Of a stretch of DNA of 48,515 nucleotides, positions 27,832 through 35,738 are shown one piece after another. The notes below the pieces were generated by a model. It did no database searches, was not told the DNA's origin, and saw only the letters and a program-made list of their open reading frames with translations. The DNA is from a virus. Taxonomy: Duplodnaviria; Caudoviricetes. Position 1 is the stretch's first letter. Each line of letters begins with the position of its first letter. The stretch lies in IMG/VR virus record IMGVR_UViG_3300045837_000016, positions 1 to 48,515 of that record; one strand, 5' to 3'. A program made the position numbers and the translations under genes.

Positions 27832-29344
27832 GAAACCACCATGTCCTTTCGGTCCGTAACCATGAGCACGTAGGAGGTCACGGTGTCTGCCGTCTGCGAG
27901 GTTGCGGAGAAAACGACCGAGATCGCGTCATGCACCCCGAGGGAGTAGTTGCGGGCGCGTGTGATCGACGGGAAATCGCCGAACGTGCCCAAGCCGCCGA
28001 ACGTCGAGCCGTCCGACGCGCCGAAGTTGCTCGGGGCCTGCGTGCCGAAAGCGTTGGGCGTCTGCAAGACCTCGTTGCCGGCGAAATCCGTGGCCAGCGA
28101 GAAGTCCACCGTCCCCGACCCGTCATAGCGGATCTGCCGGAAGTTCTTCTTGAAATACGGGGTCGGGAACCTTCTGCGACGGTAGAACGTCGGCGACTGC
28201 CACGGGCCCCGCCACCACCACTTGAACGCCGTCCCGTTATCCGTGTAGGTGCCCGGCACAAAACACTTATCGACGATCGCCCCGCCAGACGCCTTGGCTG
28301 AGAACAACTGCGCCGAGCCCGTCGGATGCCAGATCGCGAACTGCGAGGAGCCGAACGTGTGCAGCCACCAGGAGTTCAGCGCCGAGTCAAAGTCAAGGAC
28401 CGTGTCGTTGACCCCCAGCCCATCGCTCATATCCACCGACAGGTAGTAGTGGCCGTTGATGTACGCCGCCGCCGCCGTGCCGCGCTGCTGGATCGAGTCG
28501 ATCGTCGGCTGGATCAGATCGCTGATCGGCGTGATCTTCGACCCGTTCGTCAAATACACCCCGCGGTCCTCAGCCAGAAAGTAGGTGCCCTCCGGCGCCT
28601 GCGCGATCGAGCGGTGGCTGATGCAGCCGATGTTGTCCGACAGTCGTCGCGCGTCCCCCGTGTTGAAATCCGTGATCACGTACAGCTTGCGCGCCTTGCA
28701 CACCAGAATGTACGGGCCCAGATGCCCCAGGCCGGTGATCGGCTGCCCGTCGTTCTCGTCGAACACCGCCACGTTCTGGCTAGGCCAGTTCACCGGCCCG
28801 TTGTTCTCAGGGATCAGATCGCTGAAGTAAACCCGCTGCGGGGCCGATGAGACACCCGAAACCCAGATCCGGTTGCCGGCGAGAAGCAGATACTTGCCGT
28901 TCTGAAGCGTCCCCGAGCTCGCCGTCCAGTTCGTCGTGTTCCCCGACCCCGACCACTGCTGAGGCGTGTCCACCCCGTTCATCCCGTACACGGGCCCCGA
29001 GCCGGTCACCGACTGAGACTGCACCCACTCCCAGCCGGCGGTCGTGTTGAACCCCGAGCCGATCTGGGTAGCGGTGCCCGAGGAGTTGATCGAGTACAGC
29101 TTCCCGTTCCCCGCGCCGACAAGCGAGCCCGGAGCGTTCTCGTAGGCGAACAGCGACGTGAGAGTCTGCGCCGGGGAGGAGAAGGTGACCAGTCCCGCGC
29201 GCTTGACGATCGCCCCTGCTGTGGTGCCCTGCACGTTGGCAAGATCCCGCGACTGATCGTCGGTCAGCAGGTAGGGCGCGTCCTTGGTGTTCAGGCTTTT
29301 CAGCCCCCGTGAAAGTCGTTGTACAAGAAGGGCAACGAGGTCAC
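27828..29344 (-). CDS. Tail nozzle/stabilisation protein (P22 gp10 / T7 gp12-like beta-propeller), interrupted by 8 nt at 29295..29302
   Basis: Removing TGAAAAGC gives MTSLPFLYNDFHGG-LNTKDAPYLLTDDQSRDLANVQGTTAGAIVKRAG (502 aa); NRIWVSG, VYFSD, IGCISHRSI, YFLAEDRGVY motifs. Confidence 0.8.
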
Positions 29345-29365
29345 GGGGTTAGCTCACCCCCTCCG

Positions 29366-30022
29366 CTACCAGCCATACCCGTAGAGCGTCCACTGGTTCG
29401 CCGGGCCGAGCGTCTTCTCCGCATCCCACATGCCCGCGGCCTGATTCGGCCCGTCACTGTCGGGAAACTTCACGTCGGCGGCGAACATCGCCAGCTCGTT
29501 GTTGAAGCGGCCCTGCCAGTACTGGCCCATCTGGGCGTCGTCGTCGGCCTCGTAGCACTGCCAGGTGGCGTAGATCCACAAAAGCTTGTGCCAGGTCGCC
29601 GGGAAGTTCGGCGAGTCGGAGTCGTTGACCAGATCGTTCGGCAGCGACCAGTAGCGCATCTCCAGCGAGTACACGGCGTCAGGGGTCGGCCAGAGCGTGA
29701 TCGACCCGGCGTAGATCGCGTAGAAGACCGGAGCGCCGTTGCTGGTTCCGGAGCGGTCGATCAAACGCTGGGAGACGTACTCCAGTTCGACGTGCCGGGT
29801 GGTGTCGAACAGGGAGCGCATCCGGCTGAAGTTCTGCGGCCAGGAGTAGGACGCGGTCCCGGCGACGGTGCTGATCGCGTCGGTTGTCTCGTTGCCGTAC
29901 CAGCCGACGCGCTGGCACACCAGCTTGTAGCCGTCGTTGATGAACTGGGTGATCCGCGACCCGTACTGGATCGGATCAAAGCCACGGTTCTCGACCTCGG
30001 TGCGCAGCGCTGCAAGATTCAT
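29366..30022 (-). CDS. Head-tail adaptor (tail tubular A-like)
   Basis: TVAGTASYSWPQNF..ITLWPTPDAVYSL..FPATWHKLL. Confidence 0.8.
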   Translation of the reverse strand: MNLAALRTEVENRGFDPIQYGSRITQFINDGYKLVCQRVGWYGNETTDAISTVAGTASYSWPQNFSRMRSLFDTTRHVELEYVSQRLIDRSGTSNGAPVFYAIYAGSITLWPTPDAVYSLEMRYWSLPNDLVNDSDSPNFPATWHKLLWIYATWQCYEADDDAQMGQYWQGRFNNELAMFAADVKFPDSDGPNQAAGMWDAEKTLGPANQWTLYGYGW

Positions 30023-30231
30023 CCGCCGCTCCTTTGCCTCATCCTTCGTGCCGCGCGCAAAGCCCGGTTGTGGTCAGCCTTGGTCAACGGCTTCTGCGCC
30101 GGCGCCCTCGGCCCCCGCTTCGGGATCAGCCGGATCGGCCGCTCACACCGCGAGCACTGCAACAGGTCAAACCCTTCAAAGCACGACGCCACCACGCTCA
30201 TGGCAGCGCCGCACACCTTGCAGGCGCTCAC
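30019..30231 (-). CDS. Small zinc-finger protein
   Basis: CKVC..CSRC; coupled. Confidence 0.5.
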   Translation of the reverse strand: MSACKVCGAAMSVVASCFEGFDLLQCSRCERPIRLIPKRGPRAPAQKPLTKADHNRALRAARRMRQRSGG

Positions 30232-30683
30232 GGCTTGAACGCGCGCCCCTTGTACCGCATCCCCAGGTCCTTGCGGATCGCGAAAGCCGCCTGCTCCGCG
30301 AGTGGGCCGGTCTGCTCCTCAAACCGCCGCTTCGCGGCCTGTGAGGCTTCGCGGTTCTGACGCTCGACCTCCGCCGCATAGTCATAGGAGGAGTGGCCGA
30401 TCTGACGGATGCGCTCCACCACCCGCTGATCCAGCCCCGCCCACGTTCCCGAACGGGTCTGGTGAGCCTGCACCGTGGTGACCAGGTGCGTGGTCCTCCC
30501 GTCCTCAGACTCCTCATACACAGCCCAGAACGGAGGGTTGCCGTTCTCCGCGAAGCGGACCTTCAGCTTCGGGTCGATCGCGCGGAGATCGGCCGCCACC
30601 CCGCCGGCGTCAGCGTCGATCAGCACCATCCGCCCATCCCTGGCGCGGAGGATCTGATCCATGTGAGCCGGCTCGATCCTCAT
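30228..30683 (-). CDS. Hypothetical morphogenesis protein
   Basis: LRAIDPKLKVRF..LDQRVVERIRQ; position after capsid genes. Confidence 0.7.
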   Translation of the reverse strand: MRIEPAHMDQILRARDGRMVLIDADAGGVAADLRAIDPKLKVRFAENGNPPFWAVYEESEDGRTTHLVTTVQAHQTRSGTWAGLDQRVVERIRQIGHSSYDYAAEVERQNREASQAAKRRFEEQTGPLAEQAAFAIRKDLGMRYKGRAFKP

Positions 30684-31040
30684 CTAGTAGCCCCAGGCGA
30701 GGATCTGCCAGGTCACACCCGACACGTTCGTCGTAGACACGATCTCCGTGTTGGTGTTGTCGAAGCACTTGAGCTTGATCGTCTGACCGCTGTTGGTGAT
30801 GACCGGCGACATCACCGTCGAGGTCGCGTTGGAGCCGGTCGAGGCGGAAACCTCCGCCTGCGCGGCAAAGCACGCGGTGGTGAAGCCGAGCTGCTGCGGG
30901 GTGATCGACGGGCCGCCCGTCGTGTAGGACGCCTCCCCGACCACGGTGGTGCAGGTCATCTTCAGGTCACCCATGGCAACCGCGGCAGCCTGCGTGTTGT
31001 GCGGGTCCAGCGCGACCGAGGTCACGGTTCCGAGAGCCAT
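30684..31040 (-). CDS. Capsid decoration/minor structural protein
   Basis: AAGGAG RBS; SYTTGG..QLGF..AWGY; immediately after the capsid gene. Confidence 0.7.
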   Translation of the reverse strand: MALGTVTSVALDPHNTQAAAVAMGDLKMTCTTVVGEASYTTGGPSITPQQLGFTTACFAAQAEVSASTGSNATSTVMSPVITNSGQTIKLKCFDNTNTEIVSTTNVSGVTWQILAWGY

Positions 31041-31071
31041 GAGGCTCCTTTCTGTCTTGGAAGATGAAGGC

Positions 31072-31099
31072 TGCGCCCCCGCCCGAAGGCAGGGGCGCA
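31072..31099 (-). terminator. C(UUCG)G-capped hairpin after the capsid gene
   Basis: TGCGCCCCTGCC-TTCG-GGCGGGGGCGCA. Confidence 0.7.
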
Positions 31100-31112
31100 A
31101 CCACAGGGCTGC

Positions 31113-32393
31113 TTAGACGCGAGCGACCGGGAGATCGTCGGCCAGCTGGCCGATCTGGCCGTTGCGCAGCGGAGCCACGTTGACCAAAGTCGCGTACCAA
31201 GCCATCCACGCTTGCCAGATGGCGACCTTGGACCCGGCGGTCGACCCGTCCTTGAGGTGAAGGATCGAGCCCTTGCCGTCGGGGGCCTCCAGCCAGTCAG
31301 GCTTGGCGACCTCCGCCCACGCGAACGAGCCGCGGTTCAGCGCGAACGCCGTCCCGTTGACACAGTCCACGTCGCTGATGACGGGGACCGGGTCGTTGCC
31401 CGCGGCGACCATGATCGCCGAGTACCCGCCGTCGACCTTGGTGGCCTGCGCGTCGTTCCAGCGCTTCTGCGAGGCGTAGGTGTTCGCGAGGCGGCGCTGC
31501 ACGCCGAGCGTGGTCAGGAAGCAGTCGATGTTCTTCCCGGAACGCTGACGGATCTTCTGGGCCATCTGCATGAACCGATCCTCCGACGGGTTGCCGTAGG
31601 AGGCCGACGTGTCGATGTTGGAGTCCCAGATCGGGTTGGTGGACGAGTTGATCTGGTGAAGCGTGCGGCCGGTGTTGCAGATGTTGCGCAGGCCGTCTGA
31701 CTCGTTGTTGCGGTCACCGGAGATGTACACGCCGTAGGACGTGGACAGCGCGCCCGCCGAGCCGGGGCTGATCGTCAGCGTGGCGTTGGCCTGGCTTGAG
31801 GACCCGGCCGTCCCGGTGTAGGACACGGCGGTGACCGTGGTCGCGAGCACGCCGTTGGTGGTCGCGCCCGTGGCCTTGACCACGATGTCGACCGTGTCGC
31901 CCACCGCGATGTACTGCCCGGAGTCGACGGTGATCGACGTGCCGTTCGGCGTGCCGGTGATCGTCGCCAGCAGGCCGTCGCCGGTGCCGTAGCACATGCG
32001 CGAGATGTCCTTGCGCAGGTCGGTCGTCGCACCCTCCATCTCGGAGGTCATCGCACGCACGAACGCGCCCTCGTCAGCGGCCGACTGCTTGATGACCATG
32101 TCGGAGAGCTCGATGCCCGTGTTGAAGTACTTGATGTTGACGATCCCGTCCAGGTAGGACTGGTTGCCGGCGGTCGCGAGCCCTCCGCCGTCGGTGGTGC
32201 CACCGCGCCCGCGGTTACGAGCGGTGTGGACCGGGAACACCAGCTGGCGGCCGGTGAACGCGCCGAGGTTGTTGACGTTCTGCTTCTCGAGCTGGTCGAT
32301 CAGGTATGTCTCCTGATTCAAGAGCTCGACGATGGGTCCGCGGTAGACGTTCTTCAGGAGAGCGTCGAACGTGGTGAGGTTTTGAGTGGCCAC
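31113..32393 (-). CDS. Major capsid protein
   Basis: 426 aa after the scaffold; ALLKNVY..GIELSD..AFVRA..LRKDISRMCYGTGDG..PLRNG; strong RBS. Confidence 0.88.
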   Translation of the reverse strand: MATQNLTTFDALLKNVYRGPIVELLNQETYLIDQLEKQNVNNLGAFTGRQLVFPVHTARNRGRGGTTDGGGLATAGNQSYLDGIVNIKYFNTGIELSDMVIKQSAADEGAFVRAMTSEMEGATTDLRKDISRMCYGTGDGLLATITGTPNGTSITVDSGQYIAVGDTVDIVVKATGATTNGVLATTVTAVSYTGTAGSSSQANATLTISPGSAGALSTSYGVYISGDRNNESDGLRNICNTGRTLHQINSSTNPIWDSNIDTSASYGNPSEDRFMQMAQKIRQRSGKNIDCFLTTLGVQRRLANTYASQKRWNDAQATKVDGGYSAIMVAAGNDPVPVISDVDCVNGTAFALNRGSFAWAEVAKPDWLEAPDGKGSILHLKDGSTAGSKVAIWQAWMAWYATLVNVAPLRNGQIGQLADDLPVARV

Positions 32394-32516
32394 TTGGCCT
32401 GCTCCTTTACGTCAGGGATTGACTTGTGTGGTCCGCCCCTGACGCTGTGCGCGCGTTTCCCCTGGCCCCCGTGGGGGGCTGTAGAGCGTCGCCCTGGCGT
32501 CTCGGCCGGGTACTGC
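32394..32516 (-). promoter_or_regulatory. Structured capsid leader with repeated YACAG-stem-CCAGGG motifs
   Basis: Same motif around the scaffold start (33283-33360); CGTCAGGG/CCCTGACG stem next to the RBS. Confidence 0.55.
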
Positions 32517-33317
32517 TTAGGCGCTTCTTGCGCCGCGGAGCTGGGCGAGAGCCTGCTCCGATGCCCACTTGAGGGCCTGCCCCTTCGGGGGCGGGTCAGG
32601 CGTACCAGACACCGTGCCGCCGCTGATGGCGGCTGCGGGCTGGTTCACCTTCTCCGTGACCCAATCGCGCTGCGCCTTGGCGCGAACGGCGATCACGTCA
32701 TCGAAGGCTTTCTGGACCGCGTTCTTTGGGTCGTCGCCCATGTGGCGAGGAATGAACATCTCGATCAGATCCTCGTCGTACTCGTCGGGATGCTTCTCCT
32801 TCAGAGCGTCGAGCTGAGAGCGGATGTTCCGCATCTCCTCTGCCTTGCGCTCCTCCGCCGTCCTTGTGTCACGCCACTCGACAACGTCGGAAAGCTGCGA
32901 GGCGATGGGGTTCAGCGCCTGCTGAATCGTCCGCTCCACCAACTGCTGGACGGCAGGGTCGATGTAGCCCACCTCTTGCTCGGCCTGCTGGACCGCCTCA
33001 TTGGCAGCCTGCAAGCCGTGCTCCTGCGCGTAGCGGCCATACCACTCCGCGAAGCTCTGCGGGTTGTTGATCGCCGCGTCTGCCAGTTCCAGCGCCCAGC
33101 CGACTACCTCGGGGTCGCGGTCCTTGACGCCGAGCGTCTCAAACGGCTCCCACGCCTTGCGGTACTCCGCTGCCTCCTGGAACTTCCGTGTCGCGTTGGC
33201 GTCCATCTGCCGGAACGCCTCGGATGCTGCCTCTCGCGCATCCTCGGGGATGCTTTCGAGATACTGGTCCCACGGGTGACCGCCCTGGCCCTCTTGGGGC
33301 TGTACGTCGTCCGTCAT
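32517..33317 (-). CDS. Capsid scaffolding protein
   Basis: Acidic, helical, directly upstream of the capsid gene. Confidence 0.8.
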   Translation of the reverse strand: MTDDVQPQEGQGGHPWDQYLESIPEDAREAASEAFRQMDANATRKFQEAAEYRKAWEPFETLGVKDRDPEVVGWALELADAAINNPQSFAEWYGRYAQEHGLQAANEAVQQAEQEVGYIDPAVQQLVERTIQQALNPIASQLSDVVEWRDTRTAEERKAEEMRNIRSQLDALKEKHPDEYDEDLIEMFIPRHMGDDPKNAVQKAFDDVIAVRAKAQRDWVTEKVNQPAAAISGGTVSGTPDPPPKGQALKWASEQALAQLRGARSA

Positions 33318-33356
33318 GTGTTGCTCCTTGGCGCTGTGGCCCGCAGGCCCCTGGCG

Positions 33357-33509
33357 CTAGTTGTCGTTGTGCTGTTCGAGCGCTAGAGCGATCTCTCGCT
33401 TGGCGGCGACCACGCGGGCCGCCTGACGCTCGAAATCTGGGTGGCTGGCCTGCAACGTGAGCTGAGAGAGCAGCTCGTCAAACAGGCGCAGCGTGTCGGG
33501 AGAGATCAC
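33357..33509 (-). CDS. Small coiled-coil protein (50 aa), possible fibre chaperone
   Basis: Manual translation MISPDTLRLFDELLSQL...; GTGA overlap with the fibre gene. Confidence 0.5.
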   Translation of the reverse strand: MISPDTLRLFDELLSQLTLQASHPDFERQAARVVAAKREIALALEQHNDN

Positions 33510-34417
33510 TTCCATGCCGGCGTGTAAACGGTCGAGCCGTCAGACGCGAGATGCTTGATCCATGTGTACGGGGCCGACACGGTGACCGCCGGGCAGTTCG
33601 CTCCGAGAGCGGCGCTGCCCGCGCCCGTGGAGCCGGGGGCCCATTTGATCGCCACCCCCGACGTGATCTGGGAGAAGTTCAGCGCCTGCGTGTACCCGGT
33701 GGCTCCGAAGTCGATGCCGGTGGTGATCGTCGGGTTGTTGAAGTAGATGCCGCGCGTGTAGGTGCCGTTGGTGAAGCTGATCCCGGTGGCGAACGTGCTG
33801 CTGTTGAAGTACATGCCGATCCCGGCGGAGGCTGAGACGGCCTGGTAGAGCAGCCCGACCCCGTTGGTGGAGTCGATCGCGTTGGCCTGGATCCGGATCG
33901 CGGACGCGAACCCGGAGTTTGAGTCGTGGCCCTGGATCTGCAACCCGGCTGCCGTGTTTGACGGGGAGCCCGAGATGTTGCCCGACTCCTCCACGATCAC
34001 CAGGCCGGTGGCCGCGCCGGAGGACTGGGTTGCGCCGCCGACGTTGCCGACGTCGATCTCGAGGCCGATCGCCGTGTCACCCGTGGCCTGGGTGTAGCCG
34101 ATCAGGTTGCCGCCCCACACATGGTTGCCCTTGCCGAACCCGAACACGGCCACGGTCGCGCGGGAGCCGGTGTTGTTGACGTAGGCAGCAAGCTGGAAGA
34201 TGTTCCCGGCGGTCGAGTCGGCATAGACACCGTCGGTGCTGATCCCCAGCGTGAACGGGCCGCCGACGTTCGGCAGGCTTGAGAAGTCGGGGTTGAAGTT
34301 CGCCGAGCCCTGGCTGTTCTGGTAGATCGGCTGGGTGGTGACCGTGGTGCCGCCCACCGCATCGAACTTGGTGCGCCGCGGCGAGAACCCGGTCGGGTCT
34401 AGGGGGAGGCCAGCCAC
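33506..34417 (-). CDS. Fibre/spike-like structural protein
   Basis: G/S/T/N-rich beta repeats (GIxF); C-terminal PYTWIK..YTPAWK. Confidence 0.7.
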   Translation of the reverse strand: MAGLPLDPTGFSPRRTKFDAVGGTTVTTQPIYQNSQGSANFNPDFSSLPNVGGPFTLGISTDGVYADSTAGNIFQLAAYVNNTGSRATVAVFGFGKGNHVWGGNLIGYTQATGDTAIGLEIDVGNVGGATQSSGAATGLVIVEESGNISGSPSNTAAGLQIQGHDSNSGFASAIRIQANAIDSTNGVGLLYQAVSASAGIGMYFNSSTFATGISFTNGTYTRGIYFNNPTITTGIDFGATGYTQALNFSQITSGVAIKWAPGSTGAGSAALGANCPAVTVSAPYTWIKHLASDGSTVYTPAWK

Positions 34418-34692
34418 GTCACCACATCCCCGCTGGTTCCGACCGCGTAGAAGTCAGACACCCGCAGATCGAAGGTTGGCGCGCCGACCTGGTCGCGGCG
34501 CTCGTACGGGAACTCGTCGCCGGGGCAGAGCACATGCCCGGTGCTGGTCGTCACCCCGGCCGGTCCGATGTAGGCGTTGTGGGCGTTGGTCGCAGGAGCC
34601 TTGATGACCCAGCCGTTGCCGGTCACCACGGTCGCTGAGCACGCCTGCGCGGTGCCTGAGAGAGCCACCTGCCCGGTCACAGGAGCGCTCAC
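34399..34692 (-). CDS. Small beta-rich structural protein
   Basis: VIKAPATN..YIGPAGVTTSTGHVL.PG. Confidence 0.65.
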   Translation of the reverse strand: MSAPVTGQVALSGTAQACSATVVTGNGWVIKAPATNAHNAYIGPAGVTTSTGHVLCPGDEFPYERRDQVGAPTFDLRVSDFYAVGTSGDVVTWLASP

Positions 34693-34904
34693 TTGCGTGC
34701 CTCCTTGAACGTCTGCCGGGCACGGTCAGACGCCTGGCGTAGCGTGCGGGGCTCGTCGCCGTCATCGTCGTTCAGGGCCTTTTCCGCAGCCGCATCGCAC
34801 GCAGCGCAGGCGGCGAGCAGCGCCTTGTATTCGGGGCCGGTGCAGTTCTCGCGGACGTTCTCGATCGCCGTCTGCAACATGCGGATGGCCGACTGGTCGC
34901 TCAT
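34689..34904 (-). CDS. Hypothetical protein (MSDQSAIR...)
   Basis: Coupled. Confidence 0.55.
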   Translation of the reverse strand: MSDQSAIRMLQTAIENVRENCTGPEYKALLAACAACDAAAEKALNDDDGDEPRTLRQASDRARQTFKEARK

Positions 34905-35089
34905 GAGTTCTCCCGTGGAGCGGGACGCTGGAAGATCAGATCGCCCGTGCCGTCGTCGTTGACAACGAGCTTGACGAACACGGGATCGGGCGACCACCGG
35001 CCGTTCATCTTCTCGACCAACTGCCGCGAGAACGGGATGTAGATGACATCGCGGAACGTCTCAGGGGGAAGAGCGGTAACCGTCTTCAT
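34901..35089 (-). CDS. Hypothetical protein (MKTVTALP...)
   Basis: Coupled. Confidence 0.5.
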   Translation of the reverse strand: MKTVTALPPETFRDVIYIPFSRQLVEKMNGRWSPDPVFVKLVVNDDGTGDLIFQRPAPRENS

Positions 35090-35343
35090 GTCCCGTAGAT
35101 CCCTCCGCTGATCGACAGCGACGACCGGCCCGCCGAGGTCATCCACACCCCAGGGGTCGTGGAGAACGAGGCGTTCGCGCTCGCGGCGATCGTCCCCGCC
35201 GACGACGAGGTCAGGTTGTTGTAGTAGGTGACCGTGTCGCCGCTGTTGTTGGTGACGGTGACGGTGTCTCCGGAGCGGACGGCGATCAGGATCACGTCCA
35301 GGCACTTCGCTGCCTTGTCGCCAAGGTCGATGTTCGCGGGCAT
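35086..35343 (-). CDS. Small Ser/Thr-rich structural protein
   Basis: Composition; resembles the N-terminus of 38472..40931. Confidence 0.55.
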   Translation of the reverse strand: MPANIDLGDKAAKCLDVILIAVRSGDTVTVTNNSGDTVTYYNNLTSSSAGTIAASANASFSTTPGVWMTSAGRSSLSISGGIYGT

Positions 35344-35735
35344 CAGCGGCCTCCCGTGTACTTCGAGGGACGCACGTGCTCGTAGGCGACGGTGAGAAGC
35401 TCATTGAGCTCGTCGCGGGTGCGGACGAGGATGCTCTTGGGGAACCCGTCGCCCTCCAGGTCATGTTCGACCACGGAGAGGAACGCGCCGCGGCGGCCCT
35501 TGTGCTCGCCGTCGACCACGTCCACGAACTGGCCTTGCACGGCGTCCTCGTCAGAGCGCGGGCGAGCGTTGTCGCCGGGGGTCTGCGCGACGACCGGAGC
35601 GGGCTCGGGAGCGGGAGCCTCCACAGGGGCCTCTGCGGGCGCGGGCGCGTCAGCCGGGGCTTCCACCACGGCGGGGGCTTCCGGGGCCTCCACGGGCTCG
35701 GGAGCGGCCTCTACTGGGGTCTGTTCGTCGGTCAT
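35343..35735 (-). CDS. Protein with Pro/Ala/Glu N-terminus and SH3/KOW-like C-terminus
   Basis: FVDVVDGEHKGRRG. Confidence 0.6.
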   Translation of the reverse strand: MTDEQTPVEAAPEPVEAPEAPAVVEAPADAPAPAEAPVEAPAPEPAPVVAQTPGDNARPRSDEDAVQGQFVDVVDGEHKGRRGAFLSVVEHDLEGDGFPKSILVRTRDELNELLTVAYEHVRPSKYTGGR

Positions 35736-35738
35736 GGA

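Noticed and set aside
29285-29350. Archaeal bulge-helix-bulge intron
   Set aside because: 8 nt is too short, no clear BHB brackets the insert, and no splicing endonuclease or RNA ligase is recognisable.
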